A stretch of DNA of 64,000 nucleotides from contig CAVRBU010000002.1 of NCBI GenBank assembly GCA_963719315.1, forward strand, positions 576,001 through 640,000. The letters are read 5' to 3'. This DNA comes from an uncultured Planctomycetota bacterium (lineage in GTDB: Bacteria; Planctomycetota; Planctomycetia; Pirellulales; Lacipirellulaceae). The notes under the pieces are model-generated. The model was not told the DNA's origin and searched no databases. It saw nothing but the letters and a program-made list of their open reading frames with translations. Position numbers and translations under genes: made by a program. This document shows positions 50,403-59,480 of the stretch, piece by piece (the first letter of the stretch is position 1; the number at the start of each line of letters is the position of its first letter).

Positions 50403-50670
50403 GACGCAGCCACATTCACGTCCGCCTCGGCCGGACGGACCTACTTCACTCGTGGTATCGGCCGGGCGTCTCCGGCAACTTCGCAACCGGCGCAGGCTAC
50501 CTAACCAGCACAGGTGGTCCTGCTAGACTAGCAGCGAAGAGTTCGGGAGTTCAGAAACCTGCTGAATGCCGGCAGTGGTTGGCTGATTTCAGGCAATTTG
50601 GCGGGCGGCACGTGAGAGTTCGAGTGCAGCAGAGGACGCATATCAGCAATTTGCCGCGAATGGCGAACGG
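50403..50670 (+). repeat. ~270-bp direct repeat, copy 2
   Basis: Aligns with 46147-46420. Confidence 0.95.
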
Positions 50671-50804
50671 CTTCTGGGTGTGCTGTCGGCATAGTACGAT
50701 TCGGCCGGCTATTCCAGACGTTTGCAAATTTGCCGGCGACCGACTCGAGAAACATTGCCGAAAAGCATCGTTTGCCCCTCTCGCAATTGAACTAAACTTC
50801 TAAT

Positions 50805-51128
50805 ATGCGGTCCATCCTTTGGCTCATTGCCGGGTTTCTCGTTGTCTTTGGCGCTCACGTAACGTTGCCGTATCAGTACGTGAGTGGCTGCCGTACAGGA
50901 GCACTCCCGGACTTTTTTTGTTCATTGACGAGTACACTCGATCCGGCGATTTGGATGATTTTTCTCCCGTTCGCGCTCGCTTGTACTGGCTACAACTACG
51001 TCCTTTGCCGTTGCGGACTATCGGGTCTGGCCAATTGTCGCTTGTTCCGATGGCCGATTGCGTTCGTCGCAGCATTCCTGTCGCTTTGGGTAGAGTTGTT
51101 CTGGATTTTTAACACCTTCGGTTCATAA
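50805..51128 (+). CDS. Small low-GC membrane protein, hypothetical
   Basis: 107 aa with three hydrophobic segments. Confidence 0.6.
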   Translation: MRSILWLIAGFLVVFGAHVTLPYQYVSGCRTGALPDFFCSLTSTLDPAIWMIFLPFALACTGYNYVLCRCGLSGLANCRLFRWPIAFVAAFLSLWVELFWIFNTFGS

Positions 51129-51151
51129 ACATTGATTGGACGGGCGGCCGC

Positions 51152-51405
51152 ATGAGAGTACTGCAGTTCTCTCTTAAACGAATGTTTGCGTGTGCAGCCT
51201 TGATTGCCGTTGGGATAGTCGTGGGTGCTCTCGCATTTCAACAGCTCACTAGCTTCTCGGCGTCCATGAGTGACTCCATCGCTTTTTCCCTTTGGTTTCT
51301 CGGCGGCACACTTATCGGCGCCGTGCGCTATGTCCATTCCACCGCACCGTGAGTGGAGCATTGACCGGCTTCACATTCTGCCTTCTTCATTTCTTCTGTA
51401 TGTAG
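51152..51405 (+). CDS. Small membrane protein with QFSLKRMF N-terminal motif, probably frameshifted at ~51323
   Basis: Adding one G turns GGTLIGA-VRY into GGTLIGAGALCPFHRTVSGALTGFTFCLLHFFCM*, which adds a third hydrophobic segment. Confidence 0.55.
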
Positions 51406-51434
51406 AAAATTTCTTTCCACGGCTTTTATGACGA

Positions 51435-51653
51435 ATGGCAGACAATATCTACTTCCTCTACTTTTTGGTGATGCTATTCATTGTCGCGCTCGGGGCGTCT
51501 ATGATCGCTGGCATAAGCTATTTGTTGTCCGTTGCCAAACACTTCATTCACAGGGATTGGAAATATCGATTAAGGGTGCTGCTTGCCCTTGCGACCAGCG
51601 GTGCTGTGATGCTGGCCATTATCATTCACTGGTTGATAACGCCAGATAGTTGA
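51435..51653 (+). CDS. Small two-TM membrane protein
   Basis: 72 aa, with KYRLRVLLALAT before the second TM. Confidence 0.55.
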   Translation: MADNIYFLYFLVMLFIVALGASMIAGISYLLSVAKHFIHRDWKYRLRVLLALATSGAVMLAIIIHWLITPDS

Positions 51654-51674
51654 CGGAGCGTGCCACCAGACTGG

Positions 51675-54022
51675 TTACTTGATGATCTCGAACAAGCTGC
51701 TGCGGGCGTCCGTCCACTGCACGGGCGGCTTTCGCGGATGGGCGGCATCGGGTTTGAAGTCGAATGGTTTCAACGTGTCGAGGAGCGCTTGGTTGCGCGT
51801 GAGAATCATCCAATCGGCGGCATTGATGAGTTGATCGGAATTGCTGACGCTGTGGATTTCCACGCAGTTGAGCCCGGTTTTGTCGGCGGCGGCGCGGACG
51901 ACGCGCGCCAAATCGAGGTAGCGATTCGAAACGTGCACGATCAGCGCGCCGTCCGCGCCGTCGACATCGGCAGTGGCCAAACGCGGCAAATAAGTGTCGT
52001 ACGCCTCGGCGGTTAGCAAATGGGTCGGCACGGCGTCGCCGCTGAAGGCGTCGAGTACCAGAACGTGATAGCGCGGCAAGTGGGGCGTCTTGACTTCGTT
52101 TTCGAGCGTGAGCCGGGCGTCGCCGAGCTTGATTTCGCAATGGGCGCCCGGGCGCGGCAATCGGTTACGTAGGTAAACCACTTGCCGCTCGCGGTCATAT
52201 CGATCACGGCCGGGTTGATTTCGAAAAACGTGAGGAAGTCGCCTTTCATGGCGTAAGCGGCCAGCGTTCCCGCGCCCAGGCCGACGTTGCCGATCCGTAC
52301 GCCGCCGGGCGGACGATTGGCGTGGAAGAAATCGAGCACGCGGCCGATGCCGCTAGTTTCTCCATAATAAGAAGTCGGCTGCCCGCGCAACTCCGGAGCC
52401 ATGAACTGCGAGCCGTGGATCGTCGTGCCGTTCAGCAGAACGCGGTTCGTGAGTCGCGGCCGGTCGGTATCTTGCTCGCGAATCGTGAGGGTTCCGAAAA
52501 AGTTGCGCTGCTCAAACACCACGCCTTTCTGCGAGCGATGCAGATACTGGACGATATCGAGCAGTACGAAGGAAGTCGGCAGCAGCAACAGGACCAACGC
52601 GACGCGGGCCATCAATCTCGAATCGACGGGGGTTTCGACTTCGTCCCCCGAGGCGACGGCGCGGCCCACGACGGCGTTCAAGATGATCCCGATACAACCG
52701 ATCGCGGCAACGAAAATTGTTAGCTTCCATTCGAATACCGTTTGGAATACATGGGGAGCGACGACCGACACAGCAAGACCGCCCAACGCCCCACCAGCAG
52801 AAAGCATCAGATAGTACGCGGTGAGATAGCGCGTCGGTGGTTTGAGGCGGGCGAGCTCGCCGTGGCAGAGAAAACAGATTCCGAACATCGCCAGAAAATT
52901 CGCGACGAGGGCGGCAACAAACCCGACGTAAATCTGCGGGCCGGCGATCGCACCTTCCGCGTTGGTCGTCGATCGATGGAAGAATTCGGCGACGCTGCGT
53001 GCGGTTGTTCCCGTAATGCCGCAGCCGTATAGCTTGGTCCAACCGATACCATTCTTGCCGATTGCGAAATTGCAAAAAGCGGTCGCATAGATGGCGATGA
53101 GCGTGAAGACAGCGATCAGCGTGGGCCGATACCACGCGGGCCGATCGAATGCGATGATAAACGTCAGCAGATACATTGCCAGCGGTACAATCCAGAGCAG
53201 CGGCACGACGGCGACGTTGGTCGAGACGTGGTTCGTGGTGGCCATCAGCGTGGCTGAACCGAACGCGGGAAGGAGGAGCCAGAGGAAGTAGTGGTGCATT
53301 CGCGGCAGACTCCCACTCCCTATGCGTTCACTTCCTCTCCCCTTGGGAGTGAGTTGGGGTGAGGGAGCACCGGCGCTGCCCTCACCCTGCCCTCTCCCGG
53401 GGGGAAAGGGTTCAAACGTCCGCACGCCCCAGGCAACGTAGCCGCAGAGTAGGCCGAACGCGATGAAGCCCGCGGACCACGTGCGGCCTTGCCAGGGCAA
53501 GTCGAGCAGCGACTCGACCAGGAACGGGTAGCTCACCAGTGCGAGCAGCGAGCCAATGTTCGACAGCGCGTAAAGCCGATACGGAGTGCGTCCTGGAAAG
53601 GCATCGGCAAACCACGCTTGTAGCAGCGGGCCCGTCGCCGAGAGGACGAAGTACGGCAGGCCGATCGTGACGGCGAGAATCGCGAGGATCGCGAGGACCG
53701 GATCGGCGTCGCCGGCCGGTTGCTGGCTGGCCGCGGGCAGTACGCGGAGTAACGCGACGGCAGCAATGATTAAAACGATATGCAACAGCGCCTGCTGCGG
53801 CCGCCGAATAAAGGTGTTGCTGAAATGGGCATAGGCGTAGCCGGCAAACAGCAGCGTTTGAAAAAACAGCAAACACGTGGTCCACACGGCCGGCGTCCCG
53901 CCGAACCACGGCAGAATCGCCTTTGAAATCATCGGCTGAATCTGAAACAGCAGAAACGCGCTGGTGAAGATCGTGGCGGCATAGATCAGCGCCAGCCAGC
54001 GGGTTCGAGATGCGGTCTCCAT
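51675..54022 (-). CDS. Fused multi-TM / spermidine-synthase-like SAM-binding protein, frameshift at ~52147-52149
   Basis: SAFLLFQIQP, WFGGTPAVW, LYALSNIGS, CHGELA, VGLGAGTLA, EINP. One extra G joins DCRAR to GAHCEIKLGDARL..LDAFSGD..HLLT.E. Confidence 0.88.
53334..53410. repeat. CCCTCACCC/CTCTCCC-type palindromic repeat inside a CDS
   Basis: CCTCTCCCCTTGGGAGTGAGTTGGGGTGAGGG ... CCCTCACCCTGCCCTCTCCCGGGGGGAAAGGG. Confidence 0.8.
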
Positions 54023-54107
54023 ACCGCTATCGTGACGGGCGCGGCAGGAAAAAAACAGCCCATTCCCTGTGGCGGAAATGGGCTGGTGACCTGCCCCTCG
54101 TCACAAT

Positions 54108-54497
54108 TCACTCCGACTGCTTGACGGCGTACCAACCGACAAGGCCGAGGATGGCTAGCGAGATGCCGGACCACTTGAGGACTTTGGCCACCGTTTCCGG
54201 GCGATCGTGTGCCGATTCGAAATCGGCCTTGAGCTGATTGCCCTCTTCGTTCAGTTGGTCGAACTCTTGCTTGGCTTTCCCGAGTTCGGGCCCGCTGTGC
54301 ATACTAATTTTCGCCTTTGGGCTGTTGACGATGAAACTAAGATTATGAAGGCGGTCCTTGACGACGGCCCAGCGCTCGGCCTTTTCCAGCGTCCACGATG
54401 ATGTACCAGGAAATAGAGTCGGCCACAGCCCGCTGAGCAGCAGCATGAGGAAGCCGATCCCGATCACGCCGAATACGGCTGCATACTTCATTTCCAA
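54108..54497 (-). CDS. Two-TM hypothetical protein with central coiled coil
   Basis: N- and C-terminal TMs. Follows the DUF1559 gene by 15 nt. Confidence 0.75.
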   Translation of the reverse strand: MEMKYAAVFGVIGIGFLMLLLSGLWPTLFPGTSSWTLEKAERWAVVKDRLHNLSFIVNSPKAKISMHSGPELGKAKQEFDQLNEEGNQLKADFESAHDRPETVAKVLKWSGISLAILGLVGWYAVKQSE

Positions 54498-54512
54498 ATC
54501 CTACTTGCGACG

Positions 54513-55622
54513 CTAATTGCTCTTGTAACCTTCGACATTGCCTTGGCCATCGTTGATGCTGATCATCCGCGCCATGACGAACTTGTCGATGTTGTCGTCG
54601 AGAAACTCGACGCTCCCATCGACCTTCGCGGAATTCACGCCGCCGTTGTGGCGGCTACGCGGAGCGCCGCCGGTCCAAGTTCCGTTGTCCGGCGAGCAAG
54701 GCATGATTTCAAGATCGGCGACGTTCGGCTCGGGGCACTCCTTGAGACGATCGCTGTTGCCGGTCGGGCGGCTGTTGGGCGTCATGGCGTCGATACTGGT
54801 GTTTTCGAAGGGGATGTAGGCTTCGGTTCGCTTTTTGCCGCACCCCGTAAGGCCGGTGTCGCTATGCATGTCGTATGCGAGGATCGTTCCGCAACTGAGG
54901 GCAGCGGCCCACACGCCGCGCGGATCGCGCGTGTGGTCCCGCGTTCGGATTTCAGAGAGCATCAGGGTTTTGCTCGTCCCGTCGCTAATCCGCGAAAGCG
55001 GCTGGATTTCGTTAATCATCGCGCCGGGAAACGTCCGCATACAGACGTCGTGCACAGGGCTCACAAACGCGGCGTAGTTGGCCTTTCCGAACGAGACCTT
55101 GCCACCGCCGATCGATGGCGTCGTATAAAACCTGTCGCGCGCCGAATCCGAGGGGCACAGCAACGGCGCCGGCTGTGCCGCTTGCGGGTCGCCGGCCGCA
55201 ATCAAGTTCGGCTCCGCGGCGTCGACCTTCTTGTTCTTCGGGAACCGGTCGTACAGCGCTTGTTCCTCCATCTCTGGCAAAATTCGCACGATCCAGCTTT
55301 GGTCCGTTTCGAATTCGTCGATGCTGGCGAACACTTCACCGCTATTCGGAATCGTTGTGGCAGCAGCAGGCAAGCCTTTGTTGTGATTTTCGTAGTTCAA
55401 AACTGCGAGCGCGATATTCTTCATATTGTTTTGGCAACTCACGCGCCGGGCCGCTTCGCGAGCGGCTTGAACGGCCGGCAACAATAATGCAACCAAAATG
55501 CCGATGATTGCGATTACGACCAGCAGTTCGACGAGTGTGAAACCGCAGCTTCGCCCTCCGGCGGAAGTCGCCTTGCGGCCTCGGATTGTCGTAGTCAGGG
55601 GCCGCGCATGGTTCGCACGCAT
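54513..55622 (-). CDS. DUF1559 prepilin-type protein with H-X9-DG motif
   Basis: [57 protein letters not shown]. Confidence 0.95.
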   Translation of the reverse strand: MRANHARPLTTTIRGRKATSAGGRSCGFTLVELLVVIAIIGILVALLLPAVQAAREAARRVSCQNNMKNIALAVLNYENHNKGLPAAATTIPNSGEVFASIDEFETDQSWIVRILPEMEEQALYDRFPKNKKVDAAEPNLIAAGDPQAAQPAPLLCPSDSARDRFYTTPSIGGGKVSFGKANYAAFVSPVHDVCMRTFPGAMINEIQPLSRISDGTSKTLMLSEIRTRDHTRDPRGVWAAALSCGTILAYDMHSDTGLTGCGKKRTEAYIPFENTSIDAMTPNSRPTGNSDRLKECPEPNVADLEIMPCSPDNGTWTGGAPRSRHNGGVNSAKVDGSVEFLDDNIDKFVMARMISINDGQGNVEGYKSN

Positions 55623-56028
55623 ACTTGGAATTCCTCAGAAAGAACGAATTGGCAGCCTGAATTGATACAAGACAAGGTAGCCGATCGGCCGTGTCATGCG
55701 GGCAGTTCGCATCTTCTCGATTGTATTCGATCCCGTCCAGGATAAAAGCACATTTCGCGATTGAAAATCTGCGCAACGCGCACGAAACCTAAATTCGGGA
55801 GTGTTCGCTCGTGCTTTGGCAAAGCGAACGATTCGGGTGAGACACATCAGCCGCAGGGTACCCTCTGAGTGGCTAGCCCCCGGTTATCGACGCTCCATCC
55901 GTGGGCTATCGCCCCGCGGCCAATCCAATAATAGTCCTTGGGTATCTGTTTCGCGGATTGCAGAGCCGTTCTCACGGCTCTTTCCACCGGAGGTGGTCTT
56001 AGGCCCGTCATTGACGACTTCGGCTCAT

Positions 56029-56245
56029 TACGCCAACGGCGTTACAGCTTTCAGCCCAAGGTTCGTCGGCTCGGCGACGTACCCTGGGTTCATGGACCCC
56101 CCAAGCGCGGATACCCTGAAAGGGTTGAATCCCGTGCTCCGTTTCAACCCTTGCAGGATATTGCGTCGGCGCATCCCAGGTATCCAGGGTAGCCATCGCT
56201 GCGCTGAGGCAACCCTAAGCTGAAAGATGTTACACCTTCGGTGTA
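56029..56245. repeat. ~217-bp composite palindromic element
   Basis: Imperfect 35-nt terminal inverted arms enclosing ACGCCAACGGCGT, ACCCTGAAAGGGT and CCCAAGG/CCCTGGG hairpins. Confidence 0.7.
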
Positions 56246-56395
56246 TCGATCGGGATCAGCCAATCTTGAAACACAGAGTTATTCTTGAGCCGTTCCTAAG
56301 ACCGCAGCCGCGGGAAAGGGTCGTCGAACGGCCCTCGATTACGTCCATCGTGACAAATTCAATCGGCTAAACTGTAAAGAGCTTTGTCAAAACAC

Positions 56396-56507
56396 TAGAA
56401 GCAGTTTCAAAACCGATTTTCATGGTAGCTGAATTTGCAAATATTCAGCGAATTGCGAAGTTCTCTGAATTCTTGCGAATTCAGCTACGGTTTTGAAACT
56501 GCTTCTA
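56396..56507. mobile_element. 112-bp MITE-like element carrying a REP doublet
   Basis: Perfect 20-bp terminal inverted repeats TAGAAGCAGTTTCAAAACCG / CGGTTTTGAAACTGCTTCTA around GTAGCTGAATT...AATTCAGCTAC (56425-56488, REP family copy 3). Confidence 0.75.
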
Positions 56508-56676
56508 ACCAGATTTCATCGGAATTCGTTTTTTTTTCGCGTGAATGCGCAAAAGTCGCTGCGGAGACTGCATATTCATTGCATTTCGTGTGCGTCGTCA
56601 TTAGATTCACATGCATAGGTCGGGGACAGGCGGTTGCAGGCCAGAGTCTTACCACGAGCAACCTTGGGAGCATCTT

Positions 56677-58344
56677 ATGCTGAGCGTCACTCGCAAGAAT
56701 GCGTTTGTAATTGTTGGAATTGTCGTTTCGGTAGCTGCCGCGAACGCACGGAGCCAGGTCGTCATCAATGAGTTGGTGGACGATGAACGAAGTTCGGGTT
56801 CGGGACAAATTACCGACACGCGCGAGTTCGTGGAATTGTACAATTCCGGGGGCAGCGCAGTGGATATCGGCAACTGGGTGTTGAACGCCATTAACATCGG
56901 CCTGACGCCGGGGTTGGAGGCTTCCTATACCATTCCGGCCGCCACGTCGATTCCGTCGCACGGCTATTACGTGCTGGGCGCAGCGAGCGTCGCGAACGTG
57001 AACACTTCGCCGGCACCGGCCGCAACGGGAGGTACCGAATACTTTCCAAACACGAACTTCATCTTGGAACTCCGAGACACGGGCGCGACATTAGTCGATG
57101 CCCTGGCGACGGAAACGTTTCGCGACCCGGAACGGGCGAACCTGACGGCCGAACAGGTAGCGAAGGTAGCCGGAGGGTATTGGGGACAAACTCTCTCGAT
57201 GAACTCGGGCTTTCTCAACCCCGATCCCCAATCGTTCGCGCGTTACAAGGATGGGGTGACGACCAATAGCAATGGCCGCGATTTCGGCTTTTTGCCGCTG
57301 ACGCCGGGCGCATCGAACGCCTTGGTGCAACATGCATCGCACACCATTCCGGATGTGGATGGGATGGCAACGGAAACGGCGCTGACCGGGGAATACTACG
57401 CTTCGTTCGTCGTGCCGCGGGTGATCGACCCGACGACGGCAGACGGAATTGTGAACCAGGTCGCGATTCCCGCCTCGCCGCAAGGCAATCAGGCCATCAT
57501 GGCCTACGACGAAACGGGCGGCGGCAACGTGGCCTACTCGAAGGAGTATGTGAACTCGTTCGACTTGTATGCCTATATCGAGACGGGCCCGCTTGATTCC
57601 AGCATAGTGAACGCCACAACGACTCAACGAAACGAAGCCTCGACATACGGCATTGGAACTTCCGACCCATTTTTTGCGTCGCCGAACTCGGCTGGTCTGA
57701 CGACGCTCACTAGTTCAGCGAACGGCAATACCGGTTTTGGTTGGGTCATTCAAAGAGTCATCAATTTCAACGACGGCGCCCCGACGACCACAACGGTGCT
57801 GCAATTGGTCGACTTTGGCGCCAGTGGCGACAGCGTGCCGGATAAGCACGAATGGCAGGTCTTGAAGACTTACGACCTGAGTGCCGTCTCATCGAGTTGG
57901 CATCAGTTGAGCGTTGACTACAACCCGACGACGGGCGTCGTTACCGCCAAGAATGATGCGGATACAATCGTGTTCACCGTGGCCGGCGACTACAACAATG
58001 ACGGTACTGTGGACGCTGCCGACTACGCGGTATGGCGCAAAAACGTCGGTCTGGCGAACACGTTGCCGAACAACTCGGAGTCGGGAACGGTGGGGCAATC
58101 GCTGTACGATCTGTGGCGACAGAACTTCGGACGGACCTCAACCAAGGATTTCGTCGGCAACTTCTATGTTGGCTATCGCGAGGCACTCGGTGGCTCTTTG
58201 GGTAGTGCCCGCCCGCCGACCTACGACATGATTGGTGCGCCGCCTGCAGGTCAGCTCGCGGCCGTTCCAGAACCCTGCTCGTTGGCAATGCTGCTGATCG
58301 GTGCGCTAGGGCTTGGGCGGCGCCGCCAGCGGTCTTTGGGCTAA
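56677..58344 (+). CDS. PEP-CTERM protein with lamin-tail-like domain and dockerin-like module
   Basis: Signal peptide, VVINEL..EFVELYN..VDIGNW, GDYNNDGTVDAADYAVWR, VPEPCS-TM-RRRQR. Confidence 0.9.
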   Translation: MLSVTRKNAFVIVGIVVSVAAANARSQVVINELVDDERSSGSGQITDTREFVELYNSGGSAVDIGNWVLNAINIGLTPGLEASYTIPAATSIPSHGYYVLGAASVANVNTSPAPAATGGTEYFPNTNFILELRDTGATLVDALATETFRDPERANLTAEQVAKVAGGYWGQTLSMNSGFLNPDPQSFARYKDGVTTNSNGRDFGFLPLTPGASNALVQHASHTIPDVDGMATETALTGEYYASFVVPRVIDPTTADGIVNQVAIPASPQGNQAIMAYDETGGGNVAYSKEYVNSFDLYAYIETGPLDSSIVNATTTQRNEASTYGIGTSDPFFASPNSAGLTTLTSSANGNTGFGWVIQRVINFNDGAPTTTTVLQLVDFGASGDSVPDKHEWQVLKTYDLSAVSSSWHQLSVDYNPTTGVVTAKNDADTIVFTVAGDYNNDGTVDAADYAVWRKNVGLANTLPNNSESGTVGQSLYDLWRQNFGRTSTKDFVGNFYVGYREALGGSLGSARPPTYDMIGAPPAGQLAAVPEPCSLAMLLIGALGLGRRRQRSLG

Positions 58345-58407
58345 GCCGCCAGCATTAAAGAGAGAAGTTTCGCCGACAGGCGCCGATGGGGCACGGCGCC
58401 TGTCATT

Positions 58408-59400
58408 CTATTTGTGCCCGCTCATCGCCGGGAACATCTCATTGATCATCGTGATGGCGGCCGGGCCGACCAACACGATGAAGATGGCCGGGAAAATGAA
58501 CAGCACCAGCGGGAAGATCAGCTTCACCGCGGTCTTGGCTGCTTTTTCCTCGGCCATTTGCCGGCGGCGGGTCCGCATCGAGTCGCTTTGCACGCGGAGC
58601 GCCTGGGCCACGCTGGAGCCGAACTTGTCGGCTTGTATCAAGATCGCGGCCAATGCTTTGAGGTCATCCACCCCGGTCCGGGCCCCCAAATCGTGCAGCA
58701 CTTCGTTACGCGCGCGCCCCATTTGCAATTGCAAATTGCAAAGGGCGAATTCCTCGGCAATGACGACGTAGGTCTTCTTCATCTCTTCGCTGACTTTGCG
58801 CATCGCCTGGTCGAGACCCAGGCCGGCTTCCACACACACGACCATCAGGTCGAGCGCATCGGGCAGGCCGAAAAAGATGTTGTCTTGTCTTGATTTCGTG
58901 AAAAACCACAGCACGATGTCCGGAATGTAAAACGCGATGCCGGCGGAACCGACCGTGTACATCAGCGTTTCGGTCGTGGCGCCCTTGGTGAAATACAGAG
59001 CCCCACCGCCGGCCAGGAAGCCAACCACCAGGCAAGCGGTCTTCAAACCGAGAAAGACGCTGGGCGCGGCTTCCGTGCGGAAGCCGGCGTAGTTGAGCTT
59101 GGCCCGCAGCTTGCCGACCTCTGCCTCGGACTTTGGTTGCAGCGGCTTCGCCATGCGGGGCGAGGCTTTTTCGAGCAGCCGGGCCATGCCGTCGGCCCGC
59201 TTCGTGACGCCGCGCGAACCATCGCGGCCGTCGCCCCGCCGGCGCGACGGGTCGCGGAAGTCGTCGAGGCGGGCTTCCGCACGCGGGTTCTTACTCGTAA
59301 ACAACTCGAGAAACAGCCATGCGCCGCAGGCCACACCGCCGAAAATGGCGAGCTTGGTCAGAAGCGACATGCTGATGATGGTGGCGAGGATTGGAGTCAT
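58408..59400 (-). CDS. tadC: Tad pilus inner-membrane protein TadC (T2SS-F family)
   Basis: LPDALDLMVVCVEAGLGLD, QADKFG, AEEKAAK..VKLIFPL. Confidence 0.92.
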   Translation of the reverse strand: MTPILATIISMSLLTKLAIFGGVACGAWLFLELFTSKNPRAEARLDDFRDPSRRRGDGRDGSRGVTKRADGMARLLEKASPRMAKPLQPKSEAEVGKLRAKLNYAGFRTEAAPSVFLGLKTACLVVGFLAGGGALYFTKGATTETLMYTVGSAGIAFYIPDIVLWFFTKSRQDNIFFGLPDALDLMVVCVEAGLGLDQAMRKVSEEMKKTYVVIAEEFALCNLQLQMGRARNEVLHDLGARTGVDDLKALAAILIQADKFGSSVAQALRVQSDSMRTRRRQMAEEKAAKTAVKLIFPLVLFIFPAIFIVLVGPAAITMINEMFPAMSGHK

Positions 59401-59413
59401 GGCAGGTTCAATC

Positions 59414-59474
59414 TAGCGGAATTCGCAAGAATTCCATTTTTCCTTAAGGTCTGTAGTCTGGCGACTTCAGCTAC
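59414..59474. repeat. REP doublet, GTAGCTGAATTCGCAAGAATTC family (copy 4)
   Basis: TAGCGGAATTCGCAAGAATTCC ... AGTCTGGCGACTTCAGCTAC in the tadB-tadC spacer. Confidence 0.75.
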
Positions 59475-59480
59475 GAATTG

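Noticed and set aside
50805..51653. Integron cassette array
   Set aside because: No recognisable attC sites between the ORFs and no integrase.
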